The notes: a model not told the origin generated them from the sequence alone. DNA of 64,000 nt from an uncultured Verrucomicrobiae bacterium (GCA_963764165.1 CAVXRD010000004.1:723812-787811), one strand, 5' to 3'. Shown: positions 43,860-54,251, counted from the first letter of the stretch. A program made the numbers and translations.

Positions 43860-44138
43860 TTAACGTCTATGCAAATATTTTTCGGCTAAAGATGCTTTCT
43901 CCCTGAGAAAGTCGGCATATTTGGTGCCGAGGCTATTCAGCTTATTGATGTCATCAATACAAGACTCCAGTCTTCGCCTAAAAACCGTGTATTTATCATC
44001 CTTCCAGACGGCATTCGCGGTAGCTACGGCTTCTCGCATTTGTTTCGTGCGACCGCGAAGGCGTTTGATCGATTCTTCCAACGAATCGGCGAAATGTTTA
44101 ACATGTGCCGGGGAAACGATAGCAGTTTGAGAGCTCAT
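43860..44138 (-). CDS. WXG100-like protein
   Basis: 92-aa helical hairpin with central WKD and C-terminal AEKYL. Confidence 0.8.
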   Translation of the reverse strand: MSSQTAIVSPAHVKHFADSLEESIKRLRGRTKQMREAVATANAVWKDDKYTVFRRRLESCIDDINKLNSLGTKYADFLREKASLAEKYLHRR

Positions 44139-44425
44139 AGCGTATCTGGGGCCTTTTTCAAATAGTTGAACAAAAGAAGTGCATCCTCCCTGAGCTCCGG
44201 TTCCCGCTTCTTGATTTCCTCGCTCAAGTGCTCGATCTCCGTTTTACTTCGGTCAACAAGTTGTTTGAATTTTTCGTAGCCTTCATCTTGCCATGTGGTG
44301 CCGAGGCTCTTCAGGCCATTGTCAAGTGTGCCCATTTCTGTGATGATCCCATTCACGAAATCACGAAGATCATCAGCCAGCGAAATGAGCCGTTCCGGGT
44401 TAGCGTGGAGTTCTTCTTCTGTCAT
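44135..44425 (-). CDS. WXG100-like protein
   Basis: 96 aa; ANPERL...LGTTWQDEGYEKF. ATGA overlap with the next gene. Confidence 0.85.
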   Translation of the reverse strand: MTEEELHANPERLISLADDLRDFVNGIITEMGTLDNGLKSLGTTWQDEGYEKFKQLVDRSKTEIEHLSEEIKKREPELREDALLLFNYLKKAPDTL

Positions 44426-44447
44426 AGCAATTCAGTTTAGCGATTCA

Positions 44448-47400
44448 TCAGATTGACTCTTTTGGGCGGGATTGGAGACGGACGGCAAGTTTCTCGATCC
44501 AGGGCACTGTCGGCATCGCATACGGACGAAATGTCAAAAACTGGCCAGGTCGATCTTCGTCGCTGAAAATCATTCGATGCGGCTTAGAAAGTCGCGACGC
44601 TATGGGACTGTCAAAAACGTTCATAGAATCCTCAGCAGACATCACTCCGCCAGTGCGAAGACCGAATTCTCCAAATCTCTTCCGCCCAATCCCCCGCGTG
44701 GCGTTCGCCCATGTGTCTGCCCAAGCGATAACATGCACACCCAACTCCGGGCCGTCACGCAAAATCGCGCTGAAAAGTTCGACGGCATTATGTCCGTCCT
44801 CATCGTCGCCATCTTCCCGCAATGATTTAATCCTATGCATCCCACGGAGGACGAGGTAGATGCTCTCGCGGCGCTCGGGCTTATCGCTCCGAATGCGAAG
44901 TTCTTGTTCAATTTCTGACAACATTGAAGCGACTTCGCGTTGCAAGTTGACGATTCTGAAAGTGGCCGAAAAGGACCGCCGAATAGCCTCGATTTGATCC
45001 CTCCCTTCGCTATCGGGACTTGAGAAATCCGCAACAATAATTCGCACCCTATCAGGCAAATGCTGAAGGAGAATACTCAGAATCACAAGCAAACTCGCGC
45101 ATGCCCCTTCGCTCTCATCACGAGAAACGATCATTAAGTTGCGTCCGCTTTGACGGCGGATCCGGGCGGTCACAGGAGGGCGTATTGCAATGGCCTCACC
45201 CAAAAGAAGATCGATGCTCGTTGATTGAACGGGCCAAGTGGTCAGGTTGATTAACCCGTTCAGGAAAGCACATTCATCAACTTTTGCGAGTTCGTTGCCC
45301 TCAAAAACTATCGGCCTGGCAAGAACGCCTCGCTCGCGCGCCAATCGCGAAATCGTTTCCAGGCACTTTTGTCGATCCTCATCTTTGAAGAGTGCGACCT
45401 GGAACAAACTGTTGCCTTCAATTGTGCCCGTGCTGGCATTGTAGATTGCTTCACCAGGCCGCGAGAGCATTCGTGCCGCGGCGTTGTCGCTGGCCAAAAC
45501 CAAATGAGAGTCCGTTTCGCTGCATTGCATCGCAATCCGAATTCCCATTTGATCAATAGTTGTCCTAGGCAGGTTTTGGGCGCCGCCAAGCGTTTGCGAC
45601 CCGAGAAGCACATGCAATCCAAAAGCCCGGCCTTGGCGCACCAGTCGATCCAAAAGCAAGGCAGCCTCTCGTGCTACAGCGTCGTCTTCCGCGAACAATT
45701 CTTGGAACTCATCAATTAGAAGCAATACACGAGGAGTGCGCACGTTCGAACTTTTCTTGCGAAATTCAGAAATATTCGCCACCCCGGCGGCGCGGAATCG
45801 ATCCCCGCGCTCCTTCAATTCGTTATCGAGCCGTTGGATAACGCTTAGACCGAATTCGCGCTCGCTTTCCACCGCAATGGTGAGCGCGTGAGGCAGCTTG
45901 TGATCGGCATACGCCTTAAATTCGACACCTTTCTTAAAGTCGATAAGATAAAACTGTATCTCATCCGGAGGATAGAAGAGAGCCAACGTCGTGATAATGA
46001 CGTGCATCAAATTGCTCTTTCCCGAGCCAGGGCGTCCCACAATCAATCCATGGTGGCCAAGGCCCTCACCCATAACCAAATACTGCAATTTTCCCGCCCC
46101 GGCAGGCCCGATAGGTATCTTCAACGACGATGCCGTGCTGCCCCGCCACCATTTACTTTCATTAAGCTCCGCCAACGCAAGCAGCTTTTCATAAGGCACC
46201 TCAACCTTCATTTTTGACTTCGCTTCTGATCCAGATTCTGACACAATGAACTTCAGGAGCGGTTTGGGAGGCGGTTGGTCTAACATGAGCGTGCATTCCT
46301 TCATGCCCGCCTCGTCCCATACAAAGTGCTCAGCTTGGAAACCCTCTGAGCTTGCGCGATCTTCTGGCATCGCGATTTTGATACTGCTCGCCGCGCCGGC
46401 ATCGCGAAGCTTCTTCATTGCCTGCTCCGCCTCAGCCGACGAAAGCCCACGAACCACGATCTCTTTTTCTTGTAACAGGCGCAGCGTAGCCTGTTCATGG
46501 CTCAAACCTGAATTGATTTCGGAAAGCGCAACCGACACATTTTCCCTCGCCCCAACTGGCACGGGTTTTATCCGAACATCAAAAGTGATGTTCGGCTCCG
46601 TTGCCTCGTTTTGGGCTCGGTCCGATGAAATAACATTATCCGTGCTTTCTACAATGCGCGTTGCACACGTCTCTAAGTCGGCCACGTTAAATTTATGCGG
46701 CACCGGTGCATTAACGTCTCGGACGATAAGGGTAAATACGCCGCACCGAGGTCCATTCTTTACAATGCTGACCAATCTTCGCACCGCGTCGTCCGAAAAA
46801 TTTACCGGGAAGTCAAAGATAATGAGAAAGCGAAAAGGTTCTGCAACATCTTGCGCCTCCTTGTTGTATTCCGTAATTGAAGGAAAATCGTTCCGAAGAT
46901 ACTTTTGGATAACGGTTTCCATATGGTCAGACAACTCGCTAAGACGAGTTTCAATGTGTCGTGGCTCTGTCCATGCCCTTCCGCTAATCAATGCCTCCTC
47001 GTGATCGGCAAGTGACATGTAGTCCGCCACGTTTTGCCCCAAACCCACCGGATCAATGAATGTGAAACGCAACTTGCCCGGAGGAGTATTGGCAAGCATC
47101 CGCAGCATAACCGACTGGACGGCTTTCCCGGCAATGTCCTTCGCCCTGCCTTTTGCTTCCAATAACAGACAACGGCCCTCAACAAACGGAATTAAGGCGG
47201 GCAGGCAAAAGTCGAACGTGATGGTCGGCAATTTTTGTTTCAAGTCAGGTGCCTCTATCGATAAAGTTCCAATGCGGGCAGCAAACTCAGGTGAAGGGTC
47301 TGGAAACCAATTTTCCCAATTTTTTGAATGCCAATCATCTCCAGCATACAAACTCATTTGCTTGAGTGTCTCAGTTTCCTTATGGAGTGCATTTGCACAA

Positions 47401-48326
47401 TTTCCAAAATAAGTGGCGATTTCCAAAACCTCCGAATCGTGTTTGTCTATGACACATTGGGCCTCCCGTTCGAATTCACTGTTGGCCTGCGTTGTCATCC
47501 GCGTGCATTCATCCTCCGCAGCATCCAACCCCGCACTACAGATAAGCTTCGCTGGCATCAAACGGCTATCCTCAAGGGACTTCACCGCGGTGTCGAATGC
47601 TGTTTGTAGCTGACCCAGCAAGGGCTTTAACATTATATGATTTCTCGAACACAAATTAACCACGCGACAATACTGGCCCTGTATTGCTTTTTCCCAGAAT
47701 AACTGCCAAATGAATACCAGTGCAACCCATGTCAGAACTAAGGGGGGGAAGATTAAGAGCAAGATCGCTGATACAATCACAATGGCCCATCGCCAACCGG
47801 TCTCCTTTGGCCAATATATAGGTTTTCTGCTATAAAATAGTTCTTTAAACCTTTTATCAAATGTTTCTATTTCCGCGAGTCTAGTGTCGATTTCGGCATC
47901 TGTTGTAATTACAACGGACGACGAATCTTCCTGTGCCGCCATTTGCAGCGCTTTCTTCCCGAGAAGGCTTTTTGCTTCATTGGGGAGCTGGATGGTGATT
48001 GCGATTGCGGCCTTGACCCGCGCCTCTTTTCGATGATACTCGGCCTTCAAATCCTCCAAGGCGGCCCGATAGGCATTCTCCGCCCGCGAAAAATCTCTTT
48101 TTACGTTGTTAACGGTTTCCGAGCGCTTTGCTTGTGCGGCTTGCAGGGCCGCGTCACGTTGTGTTTCTGCAGCACTCAAGCCCCTATCTTTATTTTTTTC
48201 TGCATCTTCCAATCTCTTCCGGCATGGAGCAATTAAGTCCGTGAGGATTCGAGTGACAAGCACCCGCATCTGGATTGGCAACTTGAATTCTGATACACCG
48301 TCATAAGGTTGTTTCGTTGTTGTCAT
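44448..48326 (-). CDS. FtsK/SpoIIIE (EccC/EssC-like) multi-domain ATPase with a TM hairpin
   Basis: Coiled coil plus TM, degenerate domain 1 (FIDPVGLG), intact domain 2 (GRPGSGKS, LIDFKKG, IDEFQ, RQGRAFGLH..L.SQ) and degenerate domain 3. Confidence 0.9.
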   Translation of the reverse strand: MTTTKQPYDGVSEFKLPIQMRVLVTRILTDLIAPCRKRLEDAEKNKDRGLSAAETQRDAALQAAQAKRSETVNNVKRDFSRAENAYRAALEDLKAEYHRKEARVKAAIAITIQLPNEAKSLLGKKALQMAAQEDSSSVVITTDAEIDTRLAEIETFDKRFKELFYSRKPIYWPKETGWRWAIVIVSAILLLIFPPLVLTWVALVFIWQLFWEKAIQGQYCRVVNLCSRNHIMLKPLLGQLQTAFDTAVKSLEDSRLMPAKLICSAGLDAAEDECTRMTTQANSEFEREAQCVIDKHDSEVLEIATYFGNCANALHKETETLKQMSLYAGDDWHSKNWENWFPDPSPEFAARIGTLSIEAPDLKQKLPTITFDFCLPALIPFVEGRCLLLEAKGRAKDIAGKAVQSVMLRMLANTPPGKLRFTFIDPVGLGQNVADYMSLADHEEALISGRAWTEPRHIETRLSELSDHMETVIQKYLRNDFPSITEYNKEAQDVAEPFRFLIIFDFPVNFSDDAVRRLVSIVKNGPRCGVFTLIVRDVNAPVPHKFNVADLETCATRIVESTDNVISSDRAQNEATEPNITFDVRIKPVPVGARENVSVALSEINSGLSHEQATLRLLQEKEIVVRGLSSAEAEQAMKKLRDAGAASSIKIAMPEDRASSEGFQAEHFVWDEAGMKECTLMLDQPPPKPLLKFIVSESGSEAKSKMKVEVPYEKLLALAELNESKWWRGSTASSLKIPIGPAGAGKLQYLVMGEGLGHHGLIVGRPGSGKSNLMHVIITTLALFYPPDEIQFYLIDFKKGVEFKAYADHKLPHALTIAVESEREFGLSVIQRLDNELKERGDRFRAAGVANISEFRKKSSNVRTPRVLLLIDEFQELFAEDDAVAREAALLLDRLVRQGRAFGLHVLLGSQTLGGAQNLPRTTIDQMGIRIAMQCSETDSHLVLASDNAAARMLSRPGEAIYNASTGTIEGNSLFQVALFKDEDRQKCLETISRLARERGVLARPIVFEGNELAKVDECAFLNGLINLTTWPVQSTSIDLLLGEAIAIRPPVTARIRRQSGRNLMIVSRDESEGACASLLVILSILLQHLPDRVRIIVADFSSPDSEGRDQIEAIRRSFSATFRIVNLQREVASMLSEIEQELRIRSDKPERRESIYLVLRGMHRIKSLREDGDDEDGHNAVELFSAILRDGPELGVHVIAWADTWANATRGIGRKRFGEFGLRTGGVMSAEDSMNVFDSPIASRLSKPHRMIFSDEDRPGQFLTFRPYAMPTVPWIEKLAVRLQSRPKESI

Positions 48327-48420
48327 GACTTGAGTGCGTTGCCACGCTTTAATTCGCGCGTCGTTGCGCTACATATTATATCCAAAACGCAAAAATCAAT
48401 CCTTTTCTTCTGCGATTGGT

Positions 48421-50331
48421 TTATTTTTGTTGGGCCTGGTGACCGGTTGCCGTTTGAATCCGATCAATTACCATTTTCGCCCCCTCTTCCATTTGAGCCT
48501 TTAACTTTGCGGTGATATTGCCGACCCTCGACTCGTGAATAGGCAGATATCTTACCTCCGTCGGAGCACCAATAACCGCCCCAATGCTCAGTTTATTGAC
48601 CGCCTCCGCCTTATACTCCAGCACTTTGTAAAAAATGTCCGTTTCTTCGTTTTGCGCTTGCGCTCCGACGATGACGCAGATGCGGCGGCCTGCGCGTGTG
48701 GCAAGAGCAGTAAGCAATTCCTGCTCGGCAACAATTTCAAAGGTGTCTAGCGTGGGCGACTTTGATTTTGTAACGTGAAAAGAGGGTTGAATCTTGAGTG
48801 CCTCCAATATCGCCGTTTCGACCTCCCTGACGGGTTTTGAGGTCTTAAATTCTTGGCTTTCAAACAAGCTGGCATCGGGGATGCGGGCCAAAGCGGCATT
48901 GAAGAGGTTCTTCCCACGGGCCAGACGTTCTTCCCGAAGCCGTTCCAATTGTTCAGTCTCTTGCGGTTTGAAGTCAGAAAATAACTGTTTCGCCTCTTCG
49001 CAATCCGGCACGGACTGAAGTGCCGCTTCCAGCTCCCTGTCAGCAGCGATATAATCTCCGCGTTTGCCAAAAAGCTCTGCCTGCCTTATATGCCGTCTCC
49101 CTTGTGCTTCCCTTTGGATCGCGCTGGCTTCCGGATCGTCTTTTTTGACTTCTAATGCAGAGCCAGCTTCCGAGAATGCTCTGTCATACTCCCCGGCAAT
49201 TAAATCTTTTCGGGCCGCGTCCATCGCTCTGGCATAGCTGAGACTCACCAAATTTGTGCGGAGAATATTCGTTTGTTGCGCGACTACGTCCACAATCACA
49301 TCCGCAGGCAAATAGCCGTTCAGCCGCACTTGAAATTTCTGCCGGCCTGGCGTCAGTTCGGACACGACGAGGGGTGTCACGCCGAATTCTGAACTCCCGA
49401 TGAAAACAGCGGCCCCCGGCGGGTCGCTTTCCAAATGTGCAGTCCCGTACACGAATTCAATTTCCGCGTTGTTGGTAATTCCGGCTGAGATGGTAATTGA
49501 TCTCTCGTTCTTGTGTTTGTGATGCCATCCAATCAGTTTGTAGTCGCCTTGCGGCACATCAAGAACGTGTGCGGGCAATTCTCCCGCTTCCAATAATTGT
49601 CCGTCGGCTTTGAACAATTGAAATGAGGCGTCCGGCTGGTTGCAGGACAATTCCACGTGGCCGATTCGTGGCGTAAAGGAGCATTTGCCTTGGACAACAG
49701 AGGCAACGTCAACTTCCTGCGTTTGCTGCCAGTGGCCGTAAGACGCAACGACTGTGTAACGATCAGTTGGAAGATTGGTTGTGATGCCGCTGCTATTGGT
49801 CAGCAGCAGTGAAAACTCTGGTCCCTGAATTGTGAGCACCGGGACTGGCGGACTGGCACTAACATTCAAACGCCCGTGGCTGCGCTTCAGTCCGAGATTG
49901 CCCAGGTTGTGTAGTCCATACCAAACAAACAGGTTCGTCGAGTATGGTTCCGCTTTCGGGTGCCTCAGCGTGAATGCGTGCCAGCCAAGCGGAATTCGCC
50001 CTCCGCTTTCAATCCGTTGCTTGTCAAAAATCGCTATCATTTCATCCTCAACGGGTCTCCCTTCTAACGTAGCAGAAAACTCAATTCGCGTGCCTTCCAA
50101 CAGACGTTCGTGTGTTCGGATTCCAAAGAGAATGCAGACGATAAGCGACCACCAAGCCAACGGTCGCAGAACACGGCACCAGTGTCTGAGCCATTTCCCT
50201 TCCGCAGCGGAGGATTCTGCGCCAACGGTTGCCATTGTTTGGCTTGTTTCGCCGCTGCCTAGCATGATCCCAATCAAACCAGCAACGAACTCATTTCGGA
50301 GCTTTCGCCTTTCGGATTTTGATGTTGACAC
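48421..50331 (-). CDS. Membrane-anchored PEGA-domain / TPR-like protein (start may be downstream)
   Basis: TM helix, PEGA signature ESDPPGAAVFI...GVTPL...G...V...GY, then TPR-like helices. Confidence 0.8.
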   Translation of the reverse strand: MSTSKSERRKLRNEFVAGLIGIMLGSGETSQTMATVGAESSAAEGKWLRHWCRVLRPLAWWSLIVCILFGIRTHERLLEGTRIEFSATLEGRPVEDEMIAIFDKQRIESGGRIPLGWHAFTLRHPKAEPYSTNLFVWYGLHNLGNLGLKRSHGRLNVSASPPVPVLTIQGPEFSLLLTNSSGITTNLPTDRYTVVASYGHWQQTQEVDVASVVQGKCSFTPRIGHVELSCNQPDASFQLFKADGQLLEAGELPAHVLDVPQGDYKLIGWHHKHKNERSITISAGITNNAEIEFVYGTAHLESDPPGAAVFIGSSEFGVTPLVVSELTPGRQKFQVRLNGYLPADVIVDVVAQQTNILRTNLVSLSYARAMDAARKDLIAGEYDRAFSEAGSALEVKKDDPEASAIQREAQGRRHIRQAELFGKRGDYIAADRELEAALQSVPDCEEAKQLFSDFKPQETEQLERLREERLARGKNLFNAALARIPDASLFESQEFKTSKPVREVETAILEALKIQPSFHVTKSKSPTLDTFEIVAEQELLTALATRAGRRICVIVGAQAQNEETDIFYKVLEYKAEAVNKLSIGAVIGAPTEVRYLPIHESRVGNITAKLKAQMEEGAKMVIDRIQTATGHQAQQK

Positions 50332-50383
50332 GCCACCCTGTCAAACATCACAGTGCTCTAAGAGTCCGATTCTTGACACCATT

Positions 50384-51139
50384 ATGGCGGAAATCAAGCC
50401 AAAAAAATACGAATTTTTCCGAGACATTTTTGACTTCGTTTTTGGAATCGAAAACAAACGAGGCGATATTCTGGATCACTGGATTACCTTTATTGACAGC
50501 TTTAGCTTCCCGCCGCAGGACTTCTACGCAGCCATCGAAAAAGAGTTGGAATCCAGAAAAATCCCCAGCATGGCAATGTTTCGGGAAGAATTCGCCGAGG
50601 GTGGAGTGCTCTCAGACAAACGCATTTATTTGAGGATGTTTCGCGAACGCCTCGCGATATATAGCTGCGCCATGCCATTTGGCAGCGGCTATGTTTTTTC
50701 CTGCCGCACGATCTACGTTCCCGCCCTCGTAAGGCTTTGGCACATCCTCGCGACACTCGTCTTTTTCTCGATTGTCGGCGGACTGTTACAAATGCTGTTA
50801 GGGACGACGTTCGCCGTCATCGCCACCGTTGGCTTGGTGTTCGCATTGGCCGGAGTGTTTCGCAATGCCGCCGCTTCAGCAGTGACCAATCTTGATGCTG
50901 TGCTCCTGCGGATACCCGTCGTATCTACAATTTATGAGGACTGGTTCAGGGAAGAGACGTATTACCGCGTTGACACGAGACTCGTGTATTTGAAGCGCAT
51001 CCCGGAATTAATCCGGGAGACGGCAGAGCACATCGTTGCTGCTAAAGGTGCGAGTTTGACCGATCAATTCGAACGCACGCCCATCTTTGGCGATCTTTAC
51101 AAGCGTCGGATGCCGGCAAGCCCGGAAGAAAAGACCTGA
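50384..51139 (+). CDS. Hypothetical membrane protein coupled to the large VirD4-like gene
   Basis: ATG 50384, two TM helices, stop 1 nt before the next ATG. Confidence 0.7.
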   Translation: MAEIKPKKYEFFRDIFDFVFGIENKRGDILDHWITFIDSFSFPPQDFYAAIEKELESRKIPSMAMFREEFAEGGVLSDKRIYLRMFRERLAIYSCAMPFGSGYVFSCRTIYVPALVRLWHILATLVFFSIVGGLLQMLLGTTFAVIATVGLVFALAGVFRNAAASAVTNLDAVLLRIPVVSTIYEDWFREETYYRVDTRLVYLKRIPELIRETAEHIVAAKGASLTDQFERTPIFGDLYKRRMPASPEEKT

Positions 51140-51140
51140 T

Positions 51141-54100
51141 ATGCCGGACGCGCATGAGCAGTTCTCCGAACAGTTTCGCACATGGGAGCGGCGAGGACGG
51201 GGCTGGCAGGTATTTCCGGAACCAATTTCGCCAGAGCCGCCTTTTCGCCCATTCACCGGGCACTTTCTTACCGAAACCGCAGCTATTGATGATGGGCGAA
51301 GGCCCACATTCCTCAGCTCTCTCGTTCGGAAATTAGGGCGAAGGCTTTCCACGCTGCCAGAGCCGACGCCAGTTCCGGCACAGCCGGAGACGGAACCCGA
51401 ACCAGACCTGCTTGAGCGCGACACCTTAGTTGAATTGCAAACTTCTTTGCCAGCCGAGCTTGATATTCATCGGGACGCTTTTGAAGAGTTTTTCTTGAGC
51501 CTGTCTTTTTGCGAGGAGCCTATTGCCTTTGAATTGCTTGGCGTTCCCGACCGTATCACGGCGCAATTTGTCGCGAATTCCGGCGACGCTTCCCTTGTGC
51601 AGCGTCAGCTCCGGTCGTATTTCCCCGAAGCTGTGTTCCAGCCACACGCAAACACACTCATTGACGCGTGGAATTCGTGCGCGGCGGAAGAATCATTGGT
51701 CATCGAATTTGGCCTTCGCCGCGAATTCATGTTTTCCTTGCGAAGCGGCAAGCTTGATCCCTTTATCGGCATTGTAGGGGCACTTTCGGAACTTCAAGAG
51801 AATGAATTCGGCCTGTTTCAAGTGATATGGCAGCCTGCCCGCCATCCGTGGCAGGAAAGCATTCTGAATTCAGTTTTGGGTGGCGATGGCAAACCATTTT
51901 TTGTCAATGTCCCCGAACTGGCCAAGGCTGCGGAGTCAAAATCTGCGCTTCCTATATTTGCCGCCGTCGTGCGCGTCCTAATATGCGCCGAAAGTTTTCC
52001 GAGAACCCTCAAATTGGCTCGCGATCTTGCAGGCGCACTCTCGGTATTTTCCGATCCGTCCGGGAATGAATTGATTCCCCTCAACAACGAGGATTATCCC
52101 CTGCCCGAACATATTGAGGACACGCTGCGCCGTCAGTCGAGACGGACAGGAATGATTCTCAACAGCGACGAACTCATCGGACTCGTCCATTTGCCGGGCA
52201 GTGCCGTTCAATCGCCAGCTTTTCAGCGACAGGGCGGCACGACAAGAGCAGCCCCTGCAACCGTCCGGCACGACAAGGGTTTGTTTCTTGGATACAACGA
52301 CCACATCGGCGAGTCGGTTGCTGTGCAACTTTCGCCGGAACAACGGGTTCGTCATATGCACGTCATCGGCGCAAGCGGAACCGGAAAATCGACGCTGCTT
52401 TTCAATATTATCAAACAAGGCATTGAAGACGGCGAGGGCATTGCTGTTTTCGACCCTCATGGTGATTTGGTAGAGAGAGTTCTGGGAATCGTGCCGGAAG
52501 CCCGTATTGATGACGTAGTCCTTGTTGACCCATCCGACGAACACTATGCCGTGGGATTCAATGTTCTGGCGGCGCATTCCGAGCTTGAAAAGACGCTCCT
52601 GGCATCCGACTTGGTATCTGTCTTTCAACGCTTGAGCACGTCTTGGGGCGATCAAATGACGAGTGTGCTACAGAATGCGATCTTGGCGTTTTTGGAAAGT
52701 GGCGTAGGCGGGACAATTGCCGACTTGCGCCGTTTCCTTATCGAGCCCGCCTTCCGCGCCCAATTCCTGAAATCGGTTCAGGATTCCGAAGTCGTGTATT
52801 ACTGGAAGCAAGGATTTCCGCACTTAACTGGCACGAAATCCATCGGCCCAATTCTCATCCGGCTTGATACGTTGCTCGCCAAGAAGCCTATCCGCCACAT
52901 GGTTTCTCAAGGGGAAAATCGCCTCGACTTTGCCCACATCATGGATTCTGGAAAAATATTTCTGGCAAAATTGCCGGAAGGGCTTTTAGGCCGGGAAAAC
53001 TCTCATCTCATCGGCTCGCTTCTCATTTCAAAATTCCAGCAGACAGCCATGAGCCGCCAGGCGCAGCATATCGCCGCCCGCCGTGACTACTGGATCGTAA
53101 TCGACGAGTTCGCCAATTTTATCACGCCGTCGATGGCGGAGATCCTTTCCGGCGCACGCAAATACCGGATTGGCCTCACGCTCGCGCACCAGGAATTGCA
53201 TCAGTTGCAGCGCAGTTCGGACGTGGCGAGCGCGGTCATGTCGCATCCCTTCACCCGTGTTGTTTTCCGTGTCGGGGATGACGACGCCAAAAAGCTCGCG
53301 GAAGGTTTTTCACATTTTGAAGCGAAAGATTTGCGCAATCTCGAAACTGGCCACGCACTTTGCCGTGTGGAGCGCAGCGACTTCGATTTTAATCTTCGCG
53401 TCCCGCTTCCCTCACCAGCGAACGATGAAGAGGCGGCTTCGCGGCGCGAGGAAGTCATCACGGCTTCGAGAAATAAATATGGGCGTCTCAAATCAGAAAT
53501 CGAGGCGCAATTGCGGGCCAAGCTTGAAACGGCTTCCTCAGAGAACCAAAGCTCGAAAACTGCACATCAGTCGGTTCGGAAAGATGCGGAACCGAAACCT
53601 GTTCCGATGCCTGCGGAAGTTCCGAAAACAGTCATCACGGAACTTCTCGCAAGAAGCGCGGAGCCGCAACCGGTGGCTTCCGAAACCAAAGTTGTCAATC
53701 CCGAAGCCAACGTGGCGCGGGACTTGGGGCGCGGCGGGGCGCAACATCAAGCAATCCAGCAGAGAATCAAAACAGCAGCGGAGGAACAAGGCTTTCGGGC
53801 AACCATCGAAAGGCAAGTTCTCGACGGATTAGGAAGTATTGATTTGCTGTTGGAACGTTCAGACCAGACCATCGCTTGTGAGATTACCATTACCACGTCA
53901 ATAGACCAAGAGGTCGGAAACATTTCAAAGTGTGCTCGCGCCGGATTTGAAGAAATCGCGATGATTTCGGTCGCCGAAGATAAGCTGCGAAAAATCGAAT
54001 CGGCAGTGGCGGCAAGTCTTGGGCCTGACGCTGCGAGAAGGGTCAAATATTTCCTGCCCGATGCGTTCATCGAGCGGCTACGTATGACGCCTCCAGTCCC

Positions 54101-54251
54101 AAAGCCAGCCGCAGAACCGGAGGTTTTCGAAAGTCGCGGGCGCCGCATCAGACGCTCATTGGCGACGATGCCGCCCGCAGAACAGAAAAGACGAGACGAG
54201 GAAGCACGCCGAGCGATGGCCGAGGCAATGCGAACGAAGCCTAAGCCATGA
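51141..54251 (+). CDS. Large VirD4/TraD-like coupling ATPase with N- and C-terminal extensions
   Basis: HMHVIGASGTGKS, FDPHGD, IDEFANF and ARKY...HQ. C-terminal PD-(D/E)xK-like H...IDLLL...IACE. Confidence 0.85.
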   Translation: MPDAHEQFSEQFRTWERRGRGWQVFPEPISPEPPFRPFTGHFLTETAAIDDGRRPTFLSSLVRKLGRRLSTLPEPTPVPAQPETEPEPDLLERDTLVELQTSLPAELDIHRDAFEEFFLSLSFCEEPIAFELLGVPDRITAQFVANSGDASLVQRQLRSYFPEAVFQPHANTLIDAWNSCAAEESLVIEFGLRREFMFSLRSGKLDPFIGIVGALSELQENEFGLFQVIWQPARHPWQESILNSVLGGDGKPFFVNVPELAKAAESKSALPIFAAVVRVLICAESFPRTLKLARDLAGALSVFSDPSGNELIPLNNEDYPLPEHIEDTLRRQSRRTGMILNSDELIGLVHLPGSAVQSPAFQRQGGTTRAAPATVRHDKGLFLGYNDHIGESVAVQLSPEQRVRHMHVIGASGTGKSTLLFNIIKQGIEDGEGIAVFDPHGDLVERVLGIVPEARIDDVVLVDPSDEHYAVGFNVLAAHSELEKTLLASDLVSVFQRLSTSWGDQMTSVLQNAILAFLESGVGGTIADLRRFLIEPAFRAQFLKSVQDSEVVYYWKQGFPHLTGTKSIGPILIRLDTLLAKKPIRHMVSQGENRLDFAHIMDSGKIFLAKLPEGLLGRENSHLIGSLLISKFQQTAMSRQAQHIAARRDYWIVIDEFANFITPSMAEILSGARKYRIGLTLAHQELHQLQRSSDVASAVMSHPFTRVVFRVGDDDAKKLAEGFSHFEAKDLRNLETGHALCRVERSDFDFNLRVPLPSPANDEEAASRREEVITASRNKYGRLKSEIEAQLRAKLETASSENQSSKTAHQSVRKDAEPKPVPMPAEVPKTVITELLARSAEPQPVASETKVVNPEANVARDLGRGGAQHQAIQQRIKTAAEEQGFRATIERQVLDGLGSIDLLLERSDQTIACEITITTSIDQEVGNISKCARAGFEEIAMISVAEDKLRKIESAVAASLGPDAARRVKYFLPDAFIERLRMTPPVPKPAAEPEVFESRGRRIRRSLATMPPAEQKRRDEEARRAMAEAMRTKPKP

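Noticed and set aside
44448..48326. Chromosomal cell-division FtsK
   Set aside because: Three-domain EccC/EssC-like layout, no gamma domain, and adjacent WXG100-like genes inside an island.
49832..50383. Long N-terminal extension of the membrane protein ORF
   Set aside because: Overlaps the PEGA gene on the opposite strand; ATG 50384 is the plausible start.
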